Source: a bacterium
GTDB lineage: Bacteria > UBA8248
Assembly (NCBI GenBank): GCA_965261085.1
Contig: OZ253442.1
Coordinates: 3,360,001-3,424,000 of the forward strand
Length of the DNA: 64,000 nt
Direction: 5' to 3'
Shown: positions 1 to 9,795 of the stretch, one piece after another
Numbering within the stretch: position 1 is the first letter of the stretch
Layout of the letters: the number at the start of each line of letters is the position of its first letter
The notes under the pieces: model-generated
Database searches by the model: none
What the model saw: the letters and a program-made list of their open reading frames with translations, nothing else
What the model was told of the DNA's origin: nothing
Position numbers and translations under genes: made by a program

Positions 1-203
1 GGAGGCAATCACGTGCCCTTTCCAGGAAATCCGTCCCCTTTTTTGAAGTCATCTCTCCACCTCTTTATTCATAACAGGCCATAATTCCAGCGAAAGTTTC
101 CGTCAAGCCTCAAAATTGTTCGAAATCCTTATATCAGAATCGTCCCGCTTCACTACAACCTCCCGCGAATCATCGAATGCTAAGAACCGGCGCCCTGGTT
201 GTC

Positions 204-2255
204 CTACCGGCGCCGCAACAGGAGATGCCCGCTCGCGTGAACCGTGACGCGCCACCCCGGAGGAATAACCGTCGTCGCTCCGCTCTCTTCTATAATGGCA
301 GGACCTTCCACGGTCGCTCCAGGACCGACCTCCATTCGGTCAAACACGGAGGTATCGCGCCACTTCCCCTCAAACCAGACTTTCCGGACCTCCCTGGGAC
401 CCTCGCCACCCCCGCGCCTTGTTCGCCAGGTTTTCGTTGGATACGTCTGGACCTCTCCCTCACCAATAATCTGGATCGAGATCACCTCCCATTCGGTTGC
501 GGGATCCGGGTTGCGACCGTAGCGTTCGGCATAAATCTTTCGGAAGGCGCCATCGATGGCCGACAGAACCACCTGGTCCGGAGACGGCCCCAGGGGAACG
601 GGAATCTCATGGGCCTGCCCGAGACAGCGCATCTCCAAAAAACACGACAAAGAGATGCTTTCCTCCCGGACGCCGTCGGCCCGAAGGCGCTCCTCAACCC
701 CCTTGGCCATTCCTCCGAGCCGCTCGCGCAAGTCCGCTAAATCGAGGGAGGAGGAGCGTTCGAGATAGGTGGCGGTCGCATCCCGGCGCATCTTCGCCAT
801 CACGAGCCCCATGGCGGAAAAATTCCCCGGGTGAATCGGAACCACAACCGTTTCGATATCGAGTTCATCCGCGATGGCCGTGGCGTGCATGGGCCCTGCC
901 CCGCCAAAGGCCACGAAAGCGAATTCGCGCGGGTCAAATCCTCGTTCGAGCGAGATTTCGCGGATGACTCGAACTGTTCGAGCCACGAGAATTTTCAACG
1001 TCCCTTCGGCCAACTCCTCGGGCGAGCGAAATTCGAGCTTATTCTGCACCGGGGCCATTGCCCCTCGCGCCAACGAGGCGTCCACCCGTATTTTCCCGCC
1101 GAGAAGGGCGCCGTCTCCGATTCGGTTCAAAATTACGTTCGCGTCGGTGATGGTGGGCTCCACTCCCCCAAATCCATAACAGGCGGGACCCGGCGAGGAA
1201 CCCGCGCTCCTGGGTCCTACGCAAAGCGCCCCGTCAACATCGATCCACACGATGCTCCCGGCTCCCGCACCAACGGTTTTAATCTCGATCTGGGCGGCGC
1301 GGATGGGTATGCCCGAGATAACGGTATCTCCGGCGTAAAGAATCCGGTCTCGAAGGAGGAGGGCGACATCTGCGCTCGTTCCGCCCATGTCGCAGGTGAT
1401 GAGATTCTCAATCTCGAGTTCCTTAGAGATAAAACGCCCCGCGGTGACACCTCCGGCCGGCCCCGAAAAGATGGTCCGTACCGGAAAGGACTCCGCCGTG
1501 TCGATATCCATCACACCGCCGGCCGAGCCCATGATGTAAATGCTCCGGTTGTCCAGCTTCCCGATATCGCCGTCTCGGAGTTTCGAGAGATATCGTCCCA
1601 CGGCCGGACCGACATAGGCGTTCACCACCGTTGTGGAGAACCGCTCGAACTCGCGGTATTGGGGGTTCACGGAGCTTGAGAGCGAGATGTAGACCTCTGG
1701 TCCGAGTTGTTCCCGCAACCACTGCCCGACAGCTTTCTCGTGATCCGGATTCTCGTAGGAATGAAGGAAGCATACCGCCACCGCCTCGACTCCTTCTCGT
1801 TTCAAATTTTCCACTACTCTCGTGAACTCTTCCGGCCGGGGCGAGGCTTCAACGTTCCCATTCGCCCGGAGACGCTCATCCACCTCCTCTCTAAGGCTTC
1901 GAGGAACCAGAGGCGGCGGGCGGCGGAATTGAATATTGAACATGCCGCCCTCGACCAGCCGCCGGCATCTTCCAATTTCGATGACATCCCGGAACCCGCG
2001 TGTGGTCACCATCGCCGTAACGGCTCCGCGCCGCTCCAGGAGCGCATTGGTGGCGACGGTGGTTCCATGAATCATCCGGTCCAATTCCTCACCTTCGAGC
2101 CCGAGATCATAGAGGCACGCCAGGATGGCTCCTGCGGGTTCATCCGAAACCGAGGGGATCTTTCCCGTCCGCACCTCGCCGCGTTCGGGATCGATGGCCA
2201 CAAGGTCGGTAAACGTTCCACCGATGTCGACACCTAACGTAAACAACCGATACAT
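204..2255 (-). CDS. Hydantoinase A / 5-oxoprolinase family protein (ATP-dependent lactamase, alpha subunit)
   Basis: GVDIGGTFTD N-terminus, HGTTVATNALLER, DMGGTS, GPACYG.GG.EPTITDAN and FGGAGPMHA motifs. Confidence 0.93.
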   Translation of the reverse strand: MYRLFTLGVDIGGTFTDLVAIDPERGEVRTGKIPSVSDEPAGAILACLYDLGLEGEELDRMIHGTTVATNALLERRGAVTAMVTTRGFRDVIEIGRCRRLVEGGMFNIQFRRPPPLVPRSLREEVDERLRANGNVEASPRPEEFTRVVENLKREGVEAVAVCFLHSYENPDHEKAVGQWLREQLGPEVYISLSSSVNPQYREFERFSTTVVNAYVGPAVGRYLSKLRDGDIGKLDNRSIYIMGSAGGVMDIDTAESFPVRTIFSGPAGGVTAGRFISKELEIENLITCDMGGTSADVALLLRDRILYAGDTVISGIPIRAAQIEIKTVGAGAGSIVWIDVDGALCVGPRSAGSSPGPACYGFGGVEPTITDANVILNRIGDGALLGGKIRVDASLARGAMAPVQNKLEFRSPEELAEGTLKILVARTVRVIREISLERGFDPREFAFVAFGGAGPMHATAIADELDIETVVVPIHPGNFSAMGLVMAKMRRDATATYLERSSSLDLADLRERLGGMAKGVEERLRADGVREESISLSCFLEMRCLGQAHEIPVPLGPSPDQVVLSAIDGAFRKIYAERYGRNPDPATEWEVISIQIIGEGEVQTYPTKTWRTRRGGGEGPREVRKVWFEGKWRDTSVFDRMEVGPGATVEGPAIIEESGATTVIPPGWRVTVHASGHLLLRRR

Positions 2256-2292
2256 CCTCCACGGAGCATTGGCTCAGCCATATCCAGGAACT

Positions 2293-4242
2293 TCAAGCGG
2301 CCTCCTGATTCGCCTGCCTTCTCCCAAGAATTTGCCACAGAACCACCAACGCGAGGAGAACCACGCCGATGAAATCGAAGAAAAGTCGCGGTTCAAATAA
2401 GGCGATCGTCGCCGCTGCGAGTAAGAATCTCTGCCATATTTTCAAGGGACCCGCCAAGTAGCCAATGATGGCTCCACCAAAGCAAACCGCCGAGAGGGCC
2501 GCCGTCAAAAGTGTCCTGAAGAAGGGGACGTTCAACCCTGGATTCAGGAGATCACCGAAAACGAAAGCGATGGGAATGAGGTAGATGAACAGCCCAATTC
2601 GAAAGGCGAAGAAGCCGGTCCTCCAGGGGTGAGCACCTGCAATGGCGGCAGCGGTGAAGGCGCCGCCGCAGACCGGAGGCGTCAGGTTGGAGGTCTGCGA
2701 ATACCAGATGATCAAAAGGTGGGCCGCCATCGGCGTCGCGCCGAGTTCAATCAGCGCCGGAGCAATCAGCACTGAAAGCAGGAGGTAGTCGGCCGTGACG
2801 GAAGAGACTCCCATCCCCAACACGAACGTCACCAAAGCGGTCAGCAAAACGGCGAAAAGGAGATATCCTCCGGATAGATCGACCACGAGAATCGAGAGTT
2901 TGGTTCCGATTCCCGTCCTGAACACAATCCCGATAATGATACCCAGGCATCCGGCCAATCCGCCGACGGTGAGCGATCTTCGGGCGCCGACCTCAAGGAT
3001 TTTGCCCCATTGGGGAATTGTCAGACGTGTGCGCCTGGAGAGGAGACTTGCCCCCCCCACTCCCAGAATAGCGACAAATACGGCATAATCCGGACTGTAG
3101 CCCGATCCGAGCATGTAGAAAATGAGAGCCAAAGGAACCGCAAAGGTCCAATAATTTCGGATTATCTCCCAGGGATTGCCCAGCTCCTCGGGCGGCAATC
3201 CCTCGATACCCGCCTTCCTGGCATACACGTGGGCCACCACCAGCAGGGACAGCATAAACAATAGGGACGGCAGTATTGATACCTTGACTATCTCCAGATA
3301 GGGAATTCCCGTGAAATCCGCCATGAGGAATATGGCCGCGCCCATCAATGGGGGCATGGTCACTCCGATGGTCGAGGCCGTAGCCTCAAAAGCGGCCGCC
3401 ACGTGAGGCGGGAATCCGGAACGCTTCATCAAAGGGATGGTGAGCGTCCCGGTGCCCACGATGTTGGCCGTGGGACTCCCGGATATCATGCCGAAGAGGG
3501 CGCTCGCCACGGCGCTGAGCTTCGCCGAACCTCCCCGTGTTCGCCCAATGAATGCGAGCGGGAGATTGAGGAAGAGCTCCTTGCCTCCCGACATCTCCAA
3601 AATTGCGCCGAACAGGATGAAGAGAAATACGAAACTCGCAAAGATCCGCGTGATGACGCCATAGATTGATTGGTTGCTGTACAGCCATGCCGCGGTATCC
3701 CAAATACTGATTCCCTGATGCGTCAAATGACCAGGAAAGTAAGGACCGAAAAGGGCATATCCGATCAGGAGAAGCGAGATCAACGGGAGGGCGGGACCCA
3801 GTGTGCGGCGGCAGGCCTCCAGGGCCAATACGATAGCCATGATGCCGAAAATCACATCGTGCGGGAGCGCCTCGCCGAATCGCACGATGTAGCGAATGGG
3901 GAAGTAGACATTGTAATGGTATGTGACCGCGATGGTGCTCAATACCAAAATTCCATCGAACACGGTAATTCGGTCGCGTGGAGATTTTTCCGAGCCGGGG
4001 AAAAGGATGAAAACCAGAACGAAGGTGAACCCCAGATATCCGGAGATGAAGCTCTCGGGTGAGAAATATCCGAACCCGGCATAGTAGACATAGAGAAGAG
4101 AAAACGTGACGGAAACCAGTGTTACAATGGTGCGAAGTCCCTTCGAGCGCAAGCTGCGGGGCAGTGGAATGGCGGTAGTCCGGGTGATGAAGCGGTTGAG
4201 CCAATTATTTCGGGCATCATCGCGCACAGCAACCGTCTCCAT
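2293..4242 (-). CDS. TRAP transporter fused permease (4TM/12TM, TAXI-type)
   Basis: 649-aa highly hydrophobic protein; GMISGSPTAN, AFEATASTIG..MPPLMGAA and SNLTPPV motifs; TAXI receptor nearby. Confidence 0.92.
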   Translation of the reverse strand: METVAVRDDARNNWLNRFITRTTAIPLPRSLRSKGLRTIVTLVSVTFSLLYVYYAGFGYFSPESFISGYLGFTFVLVFILFPGSEKSPRDRITVFDGILVLSTIAVTYHYNVYFPIRYIVRFGEALPHDVIFGIMAIVLALEACRRTLGPALPLISLLLIGYALFGPYFPGHLTHQGISIWDTAAWLYSNQSIYGVITRIFASFVFLFILFGAILEMSGGKELFLNLPLAFIGRTRGGSAKLSAVASALFGMISGSPTANIVGTGTLTIPLMKRSGFPPHVAAAFEATASTIGVTMPPLMGAAIFLMADFTGIPYLEIVKVSILPSLLFMLSLLVVAHVYARKAGIEGLPPEELGNPWEIIRNYWTFAVPLALIFYMLGSGYSPDYAVFVAILGVGGASLLSRRTRLTIPQWGKILEVGARRSLTVGGLAGCLGIIIGIVFRTGIGTKLSILVVDLSGGYLLFAVLLTALVTFVLGMGVSSVTADYLLLSVLIAPALIELGATPMAAHLLIIWYSQTSNLTPPVCGGAFTAAAIAGAHPWRTGFFAFRIGLFIYLIPIAFVFGDLLNPGLNVPFFRTLLTAALSAVCFGGAIIGYLAGPLKIWQRFLLAAATIALFEPRLFFDFIGVVLLALVVLWQILGRRQANQEAA

Positions 4243-4308
4243 CCCCTACCCTCTCTGAAGGCATACCTCGTATGGCATGAAGGGCGCCACATGCGGAGAG
4301 GGGAATTC

Positions 4309-5403
4309 TCAGATGACTCTCGAGGGCAGCTCAATCGCCCTTCCGGTTCGGGCGGATTCGTCAATTGCGAGGGTAATTTCCAAAGTCCGCCGCGCTTCTT
4401 TGGCGGTCGGATGCAAGCAAGGATTCCCTGTCGAAAGGTAATCGAGCCAGGCGCGCGTCTCGTGGGCGACGGGTCCGAACATATGATCAAGCGCCCAATC
4501 GCCGGCGGAGTTGGTTCCCAAGAATGCGGTATTTATGTGATGGTCGGGGACATACACGTGAGGATATCCCTTTTCCGTATAGAGGAGGTTCTCCTTTTTG
4601 TCCTCGTCAAAAAGAAGGACCCCTTCTTTTCCGATGATTTCCAGGCGAGTGCCTTGCCCCAGCGTGGGATACTTCGAAGGCAAGGCGTAGCAAATTCCCA
4701 GGCTGAAAACGGCTCCGTCCTCGAATGTGAGAATCGCCCAGGTCGTATCGTTCACCTTGGGGTAACCGGCTTCTTCGAAAACAACCCCATGACCGCGGGC
4801 GAAAACCTCCATAGGGCGGATCCCCTCCATGAGCCAACAAATCATGTCCACGGAGTAGACCAGCACGTCAACCACCGGGGTAACCTCGTCCGTTCGTTTC
4901 AGAATCTCGAAGGCCTGCGCGCGCGAATTGTAGACCCGTGCCGTTCCGCCCAGAATCCGCCCCAACCGGCCCTCCAGGACCTGCTCCTTAGCAAGGAAAT
5001 AGTGCCGCTGATAACGCTTGCTGTAGTTCACGTGTAATTCCACGCCACTGCGCGCGGAAGCTTCAATCAGCCGATCCGCATCATCAAGGGTCAAGGCCAG
5101 GGGTGTCTCGACCACTACGGATTTTCCGCGCTCGATGGTCTGCAAAATCGGATCGACATGCTTGGGTTCGGGGGTGGATACAATGACGGCTGTGACGTCG
5201 GGGTGGGATATCGCCTCCTCATTGCTCCCCGTGGTGAAATGGGCCCCCACTTGTTCGCCCAGCGCCTTTGCCCGGGCGGGATCTGCATCCGAAATAGCCA
5301 GGAACCGAACCGCGGGATGGTTGGCCGCCATTCGCGCGCGATGGGTCCCCATACGACCCGCGCCGATGACGGCGACTCCTAGTGTCTTTCGCTCATAACT
5401 CAT
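4309..5403 (-). CDS. Gfo/Idh/MocA family oxidoreductase
   Basis: VIGAGRMG Rossmann motif and STPE..H; the usual EKP motif reads ETP. Confidence 0.88.
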   Translation of the reverse strand: MSYERKTLGVAVIGAGRMGTHRARMAANHPAVRFLAISDADPARAKALGEQVGAHFTTGSNEEAISHPDVTAVIVSTPEPKHVDPILQTIERGKSVVVETPLALTLDDADRLIEASARSGVELHVNYSKRYQRHYFLAKEQVLEGRLGRILGGTARVYNSRAQAFEILKRTDEVTPVVDVLVYSVDMICWLMEGIRPMEVFARGHGVVFEEAGYPKVNDTTWAILTFEDGAVFSLGICYALPSKYPTLGQGTRLEIIGKEGVLLFDEDKKENLLYTEKGYPHVYVPDHHINTAFLGTNSAGDWALDHMFGPVAHETRAWLDYLSTGNPCLHPTAKEARRTLEITLAIDESARTGRAIELPSRVI

Positions 5404-5753
5404 CGCACACGGCCCCGCTCTCCTCGATCTCGCAGGAGATCGGGAAACCCCAAATCAAGGATATCTCCCCGATTCTTCAACCCTCTAAAAAACGACAGGA
5501 ACCACCCGTTCTCGCCATCAGTCCAATGAGAAGTTTTCACTCCTGGTATTCGGTTTTCCAACAGGCGAAACCCCGCCGTTTCCCTATTCTATCCAAGGTC
5601 TTCCCGGCCTTTGCGCAGCAAACACATATTACGCATGGCCTTCGCGGGTTTTCCCCCGCAGGAGGTGGAATCCGGCCCCCGCGAAAATGAACAGAAAAGG
5701 CTACCCCAACTCCAAGCCTCCGGGGATATAAACGTGAATATCACCGGCACAAT

Positions 5754-6791
5754 TTACATAGAACCCTCGGCAGGCGCCATATTCTTGATCCCTTTTTCCT
5801 TCCAGTACCGGGCAGCTCCCGGATGAAGCGGAATAACCAGCCCTTCGGTCGGATTGGCGCTCTTCAGGCCGGCCAGGCCGCGGTTGTTCTTGGTCAGGTA
5901 ATCGACGCAGGACTTGCCCCAGATCGTCTTCGTCATTTCGTAAATCAAGTCCGGGGAGGTGTTTTTGTTCGCTACTAAAAGACCGCTCAGGCCCATGGTG
6001 GACACGTCATAGTCCACTCCCTTGTAAGTCCCTTTCGGTATTGTCGTGGGTTCGAAGCCGGGAAACTCCTTCAAGAAACCGCTGAAATCCACCCCCTGAT
6101 CGACGCTGATCAGCCGGACGGGCCGGGACAGGGCCGCCTCCGTAACCGAGGGGTTCGGAAGACCTCCCTGAAGGGCGTAGCCGTCGATCTTGCCGTCCTT
6201 CAGGTAGCTGACCTGCTCGCCGTGGGAGAGGTTGCTAACCCTGATCTTCTTGTACAAACCAATGTGTTTGAGAAAGGAGCCGACGGATGCGTAGCAGGTG
6301 GTGCCGATGGGGCATGGCGAAAACTTTTTCCCGCTCAAATCGGCCAGTTTCTTGATGCCGGAGCTTTTCAAGACAACGAAGTGAAAAATCGAAGAGGAAA
6401 TTCCGAAACCGACCGCGCGCAATTCCCTGTGCTTCTTTCCCTTCCAGCTTCCCTTCCCCTGCCAAGCCGGAAAGGCCACGGTCTGGAAGGTGAACCCCAC
6501 GTCGGCCTTGCCTCCCTGGAGCTTCCTGAAGGCTTCCATCCCACCCGAAGTCGGGACGACGGTGACTTTGATGTCACTATTTTTCCGCATACATTCGCTC
6601 ATCGCGGTCAGGTAGCGGTACCAGGAACCCTTCGCACCGCCCGACATAAAGGTAAGTTGCTTGTCCGCAGCGAAAACGGGGGGCGAGAGAACCGCGCCAG
6701 CGCCAAAAATCGCCAACACCAGAAGCCACCCACCCATTCTCATGGTTCGGTTTTCAACGAGGCTCTTCCTGTTACTTCGAATTCGCCACAT
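5754..6791 (-). CDS. TAXI family TRAP transporter substrate-binding protein
   Basis: Signal peptide, GG.KGSWY, TSGG, IPKGTYKG and C-terminal IPLHPGAARYWKEKG; start could be 6743. Confidence 0.92.
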   Translation of the reverse strand: MWRIRSNRKSLVENRTMRMGGWLLVLAIFGAGAVLSPPVFAADKQLTFMSGGAKGSWYRYLTAMSECMRKNSDIKVTVVPTSGGMEAFRKLQGGKADVGFTFQTVAFPAWQGKGSWKGKKHRELRAVGFGISSSIFHFVVLKSSGIKKLADLSGKKFSPCPIGTTCYASVGSFLKHIGLYKKIRVSNLSHGEQVSYLKDGKIDGYALQGGLPNPSVTEAALSRPVRLISVDQGVDFSGFLKEFPGFEPTTIPKGTYKGVDYDVSTMGLSGLLVANKNTSPDLIYEMTKTIWGKSCVDYLTKNNRGLAGLKSANPTEGLVIPLHPGAARYWKEKGIKNMAPAEGSM

Positions 6792-7319
6792 AGCCCACCT
6801 CTCCTATCTCTCGGTTGCAGAAAAGGAAAGCGCATCAGCGCCTTCCACGTCTTTTTTCAACTTCCTGGTCGCGCATATTTCTCTGACGATTTCGTTTCGT
6901 ATCCCTTCCGCGAGCACCAGGCTTCGCGACGCGAAGGGTAAAAAGAACATTTCTCCAATATACCGGAGTATCGACGGCGCATGGGGACATCGAAAAAATC
7001 TTCCCTTGGAGAGATATTCGATGTCAGTTTTCCGCCCAGGTTTTTGAAATTGGATTTAGGATCATCACCGGCACGAGGGGCCGATGAAAACCACGCATAT
7101 TTCACGTCCATCGTGGACCTCTTTTAGTGGTTCAGAAATCGCAGGTGGATCTTTGATGGCGTGGTCACAAGTATAATTTATATCAGAGCATGGTTACTGT
7201 ACCACAGAGAATAAGGCTGGGCAATTTGGCGCAATAGGTTCATGGGTTGATGTCGACCAACCATAATTATTTTCAGCTTTCGTATGACAAATGAATAATT
7301 CAGGCCCATAATTAAATTT

Positions 7320-7343
7320 GGGGAATTATATACTTGGGTTGAC
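7320..7343 (+). repeat. Left terminal inverted repeat of the IS1595 element
   Basis: ggggaattatatacttgggttgac. Confidence 0.88.
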
Positions 7344-7393
7344 AAATCCCCCGTAAGGCCCTATATTGCATGTATCACATAGGGGGATACAAG

Positions 7394-8346
7394 ATGGCGC
7401 AGAAGGCACCCGGCAAGGCATTCAGGAAGGGAATCACGATAATCGAACTGGCGCAGATGTTCCCGAACGAGGAAGCGGCTCGCAAGTGGTTCGAGGAAAT
7501 CATCTGGCCGGACGGATTGAGGTATTGCCCTGAGTGCGGAAGCGTCGATACGCACGAGTGCCAGCACGCCAAGATGCCGTACAGGTGCCGCGACTGCCGA
7601 AAGTATTTCAGCGTCAAGACCGGAACCGTGATGACGGGTTCTCCCGTTCCCCTGCTCAAGTGGCTCTACGCGATCTACCTGGACGTTACGTCGCTCAAGG
7701 GCGTTTCGAGCATGAAACTGCACCGCGATATCGGCGTCACGCAAAAGACCGCGTGGCACATGCAACAGCGCATCCGCGAGGCGTTCCGGGAGGAAGGCGG
7801 TCTGCTTTCCGGCCCGGTCGAAATCGACGAAACCTACGTGGGCGGCCTGAAAAGAAAAAGCACGGAAACAAGCGGCGTCGGGCCGGTCGCGGAGGAACCG
7901 GAAAGGATATCGTGGTCGGCATCAAGGACAGGGCCACGAACGAAATCCGCGCCAAGGTCGTGCCCGACACAAAGAAGGAAACGCTACACACGTTCATCGC
8001 CGAGAACGTGGCCGAGGGAGCCGAGAAGTTCACGGACGAGAATCGTTCGTATCGAGGACTCGACAACCACAGGGCCGTGAATCACAGCCTCGGTAAATGG
8101 GTCGATGAAATGGCCCACACGAACGGCTTGGAGTCGTTTTGGGCGATGTTCAAGAAAGGATTCCACGGCACGTTTCACCGCATGAGCCCGGCTCACCTTC
8201 ACCGCTACATCACGGAATTTGCCGGTAGACACAACATAAGATCTCTTGATACCATCGAACAGATGAAGCGGTTGGCCGAAGGGATGCGTGGAAGGCATCT
8301 TCCCTATAGTGATTTGGTGTCCGGTAATGAAAACAGCTATTCGTGA
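7394..8346 (+). pseudogene. IS1595 (ISXO2-like) DDE transposase split by a -1 frameshift at ~7847-7860
   Basis: Frame 1 has the CPECG..YRCRDC zinc ribbon, GVSSMKLHRDIGVTQKTAW HTH and VEIDETYVGG; the -1 frame continues EKKKH..TDENRSY..VNHS..HTNGLESFW..HLHRYITEFAGRHN. Confidence 0.9.
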
Positions 8347-8623
8347 AAATCCTCCTGATCGGTCTCGTGAAGCTCAGGGGCCATCACGTGCGAAACAACA
8401 GCCTCGGCCATCATCTTCATATTCCAAACGACTTCAGGAGCTAATTCCCAAGGATGTTCTGGAACTGAAACGGCGTCTATCCGATTCTGAATACCGTCAG
8501 TTACTTCTAAAGCAAGGTCCAAACCCTTATCGGGCGAATGTCTCCGAATGTTGCGAAGCGCTAAAGCGAGCAGGAGAAGAAACTTGTTTACGCTTTCTTC
8601 GTGGGGATTTTGAGCAGGCATAG
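8327..8623 (+). CDS. Hypothetical protein (IS passenger)
   Basis: 98-aa ORF overlapping the transposase end; no recognisable motif; a competing ORF lies on the - strand. Confidence 0.35.
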   Translation: MKTAIRENPPDRSREAQGPSRAKQQPRPSSSYSKRLQELIPKDVLELKRRLSDSEYRQLLLKQGPNPYRANVSECCEALKRAGEETCLRFLRGDFEQA

Positions 8624-8654
8624 ATTCGTCCTTCCTTTCTAGGGGTTGGGCGCA

Positions 8655-8689
8655 AAAATACGGCGCTGGGCCTCATCACCCAGCGCCGT
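8655..8689 (-). terminator. Intrinsic terminator of the minus-strand passenger operon
   Basis: 11-bp stem acggcgctggg / cccagcgccgt followed on - by ATTTTT, just after the 8697 stop. Confidence 0.75.
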
Positions 8690-8696
8690 TGTCGTG

Positions 8697-8843
8697 CTAT
8701 TGCGAGCGTCCAGTCATCCAGCAGAAGATACCATAAACGGCACTTCCCATGCAGATCACGGCAAACAGGATGATCGTCCAGACGAAATCACCTACGAATT
8801 GAAATAAGCTCCATGCCGTGGCGCCTAGAATGTAATCAATCAT
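8697..8843 (-). CDS. Small hydrophobic membrane peptide (48 aa; not in ORF track)
   Basis: MIDYILGATAWSLFQFVGDFVWTIILFAVICMGSAVYGIFCWMTGRSQ; G-rich RBS; fills the gap between the upstream gene and the terminator. Confidence 0.6.
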   Translation of the reverse strand: MIDYILGATAWSLFQFVGDFVWTIILFAVICMGSAVYGIFCWMTGRSQ

Positions 8844-8853
8844 CCGCCACCCC

Positions 8854-9351
8854 CTATCGCCCCAGTGATTTTAGTTCGTTCAGGCAGGCGCGGCTGTATT
8901 TGTGACATCCCGTCTGGAAGTAGTAGTTCTTATCGAGCGCGCGGTTTCCGCGCTCCAGTTCTTTGACCTTCCATTCGGGCATCCTGAACCCGCGCGTGTA
9001 CGGTTGGGTCCCGTAGGGGTCGGAAGGGTTGTGTTGTTGGGCGCGTTGTCTCATTTCGCGGAGAGCATTTTGTAGGGCCTGCTGGCGCTGTATCTGTTGT
9101 TGCCTGAGCGCATGGAGGCGTTGCTCGAGGGTCTGCACTCCGCTTTGCCGCGCGGGCGAGTTAAGCGTCGGAAGCGAACCGAGCCCCGATGGCGTCCGGT
9201 ATTGGTGTCCTTGGTTCTGCTGGGGCTGGTATCCACCACCATATAGCGGGCTTCCGCCTTGAGGAAGTTGCGTGTACGGGACGGACTGCGCGGCCGCGGC
9301 CACCGGAAACGACAGAATCAGAAACAGAACTCCTATCTTTATGTGCTTCAT
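8854..9351 (-). CDS. Secreted Gln-rich hypothetical protein (165 aa)
   Basis: AAGGAG RBS; signal peptide MKHIKIGVLFLILSFPVAAAA; Q-rich coiled region; C-terminal Cys pair. Confidence 0.72.
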   Translation of the reverse strand: MKHIKIGVLFLILSFPVAAAAQSVPYTQLPQGGSPLYGGGYQPQQNQGHQYRTPSGLGSLPTLNSPARQSGVQTLEQRLHALRQQQIQRQQALQNALREMRQRAQQHNPSDPYGTQPYTRGFRMPEWKVKELERGNRALDKNYYFQTGCHKYSRACLNELKSLGR

Positions 9352-9362
9352 GGTTTTTCTCC

Positions 9363-9506
9363 TTAATGACAGTGATAGCCGACCCGGACGCCATTGACCC
9401 AGACGTAATGGCATCCACTAAAATTCGTTCCGCCACTGTGCGCGGCCACGATGACTGGCGACAAGAGCGCACCAATGAGAAGCGACACGAGGATTGCGTT
9501 TTGCAT
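9363..9506 (-). CDS. Small secreted YHYH-type (HSGGT..GCH...YHCH) peptide (47 aa; not in ORF track)
   Basis: MQNAILVSLLIGALLSPVIVAAHSGGTNFSGCHYVWVNGVRVGYHCH; GGAGG RBS; signal peptide followed by the recognisable His/Cys motif. Confidence 0.8.
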   Translation of the reverse strand: MQNAILVSLLIGALLSPVIVAAHSGGTNFSGCHYVWVNGVRVGYHCH

Positions 9507-9574
9507 GGGGTTTCCCTCCGTTCATGAATGGCCGGTAAAGGTTGAGATTGAACGGTAGGATATGATAATCAAGG

Positions 9575-9650
9575 TATTGCAACGCGTTGTAGTGTGACTT
9601 ACCCCACCACAAGGAGGTCTCGGTTGCCGCCGAGGCCTCCTCACTTTTTT
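9575..9650 (+). ncRNA. Putative small RNA (~75 nt)
   Basis: TTGAGA-16-GATAAT upstream (~9542-9569); 12-bp hairpin 9612-9641 whose G-U pair favours the + strand, then CACTTTTTT; no + ORF. Confidence 0.4.
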
Positions 9651-9654
9651 GTGC

Positions 9655-9790
9655 AAAAATGACAACCGGCAGTCCGGGCCGGTTGTCACGCACTCCACTG
9701 GATAGGTGGGTTCCCGCGTATTCCCTCGTAATCGAGGTGTTTTATTTCGCGGGCGACCCGAAGGGCCTGCCCCAGCGAATCACGTGACAA
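9655..9790 (-). ncRNA. Putative structured RNA or attenuator leader (~135 nt)
   Basis: TTGACA-17-CATATT promoter places the start at ~9790; long imperfect hairpin; ends in an 11-bp terminator stem (9660-9688) plus U5. Confidence 0.55.
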
Positions 9791-9795
9791 TCGGA

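Noticed and set aside
204-2255. Orphan hydantoinase A without a B subunit
   Set aside because: The gene is at the window edge, so the partner may lie outside
6857-7111. 84-aa ORF upstream of the TAXI gene
   Set aside because: No recognisable motif; overlaps the probable promoter region
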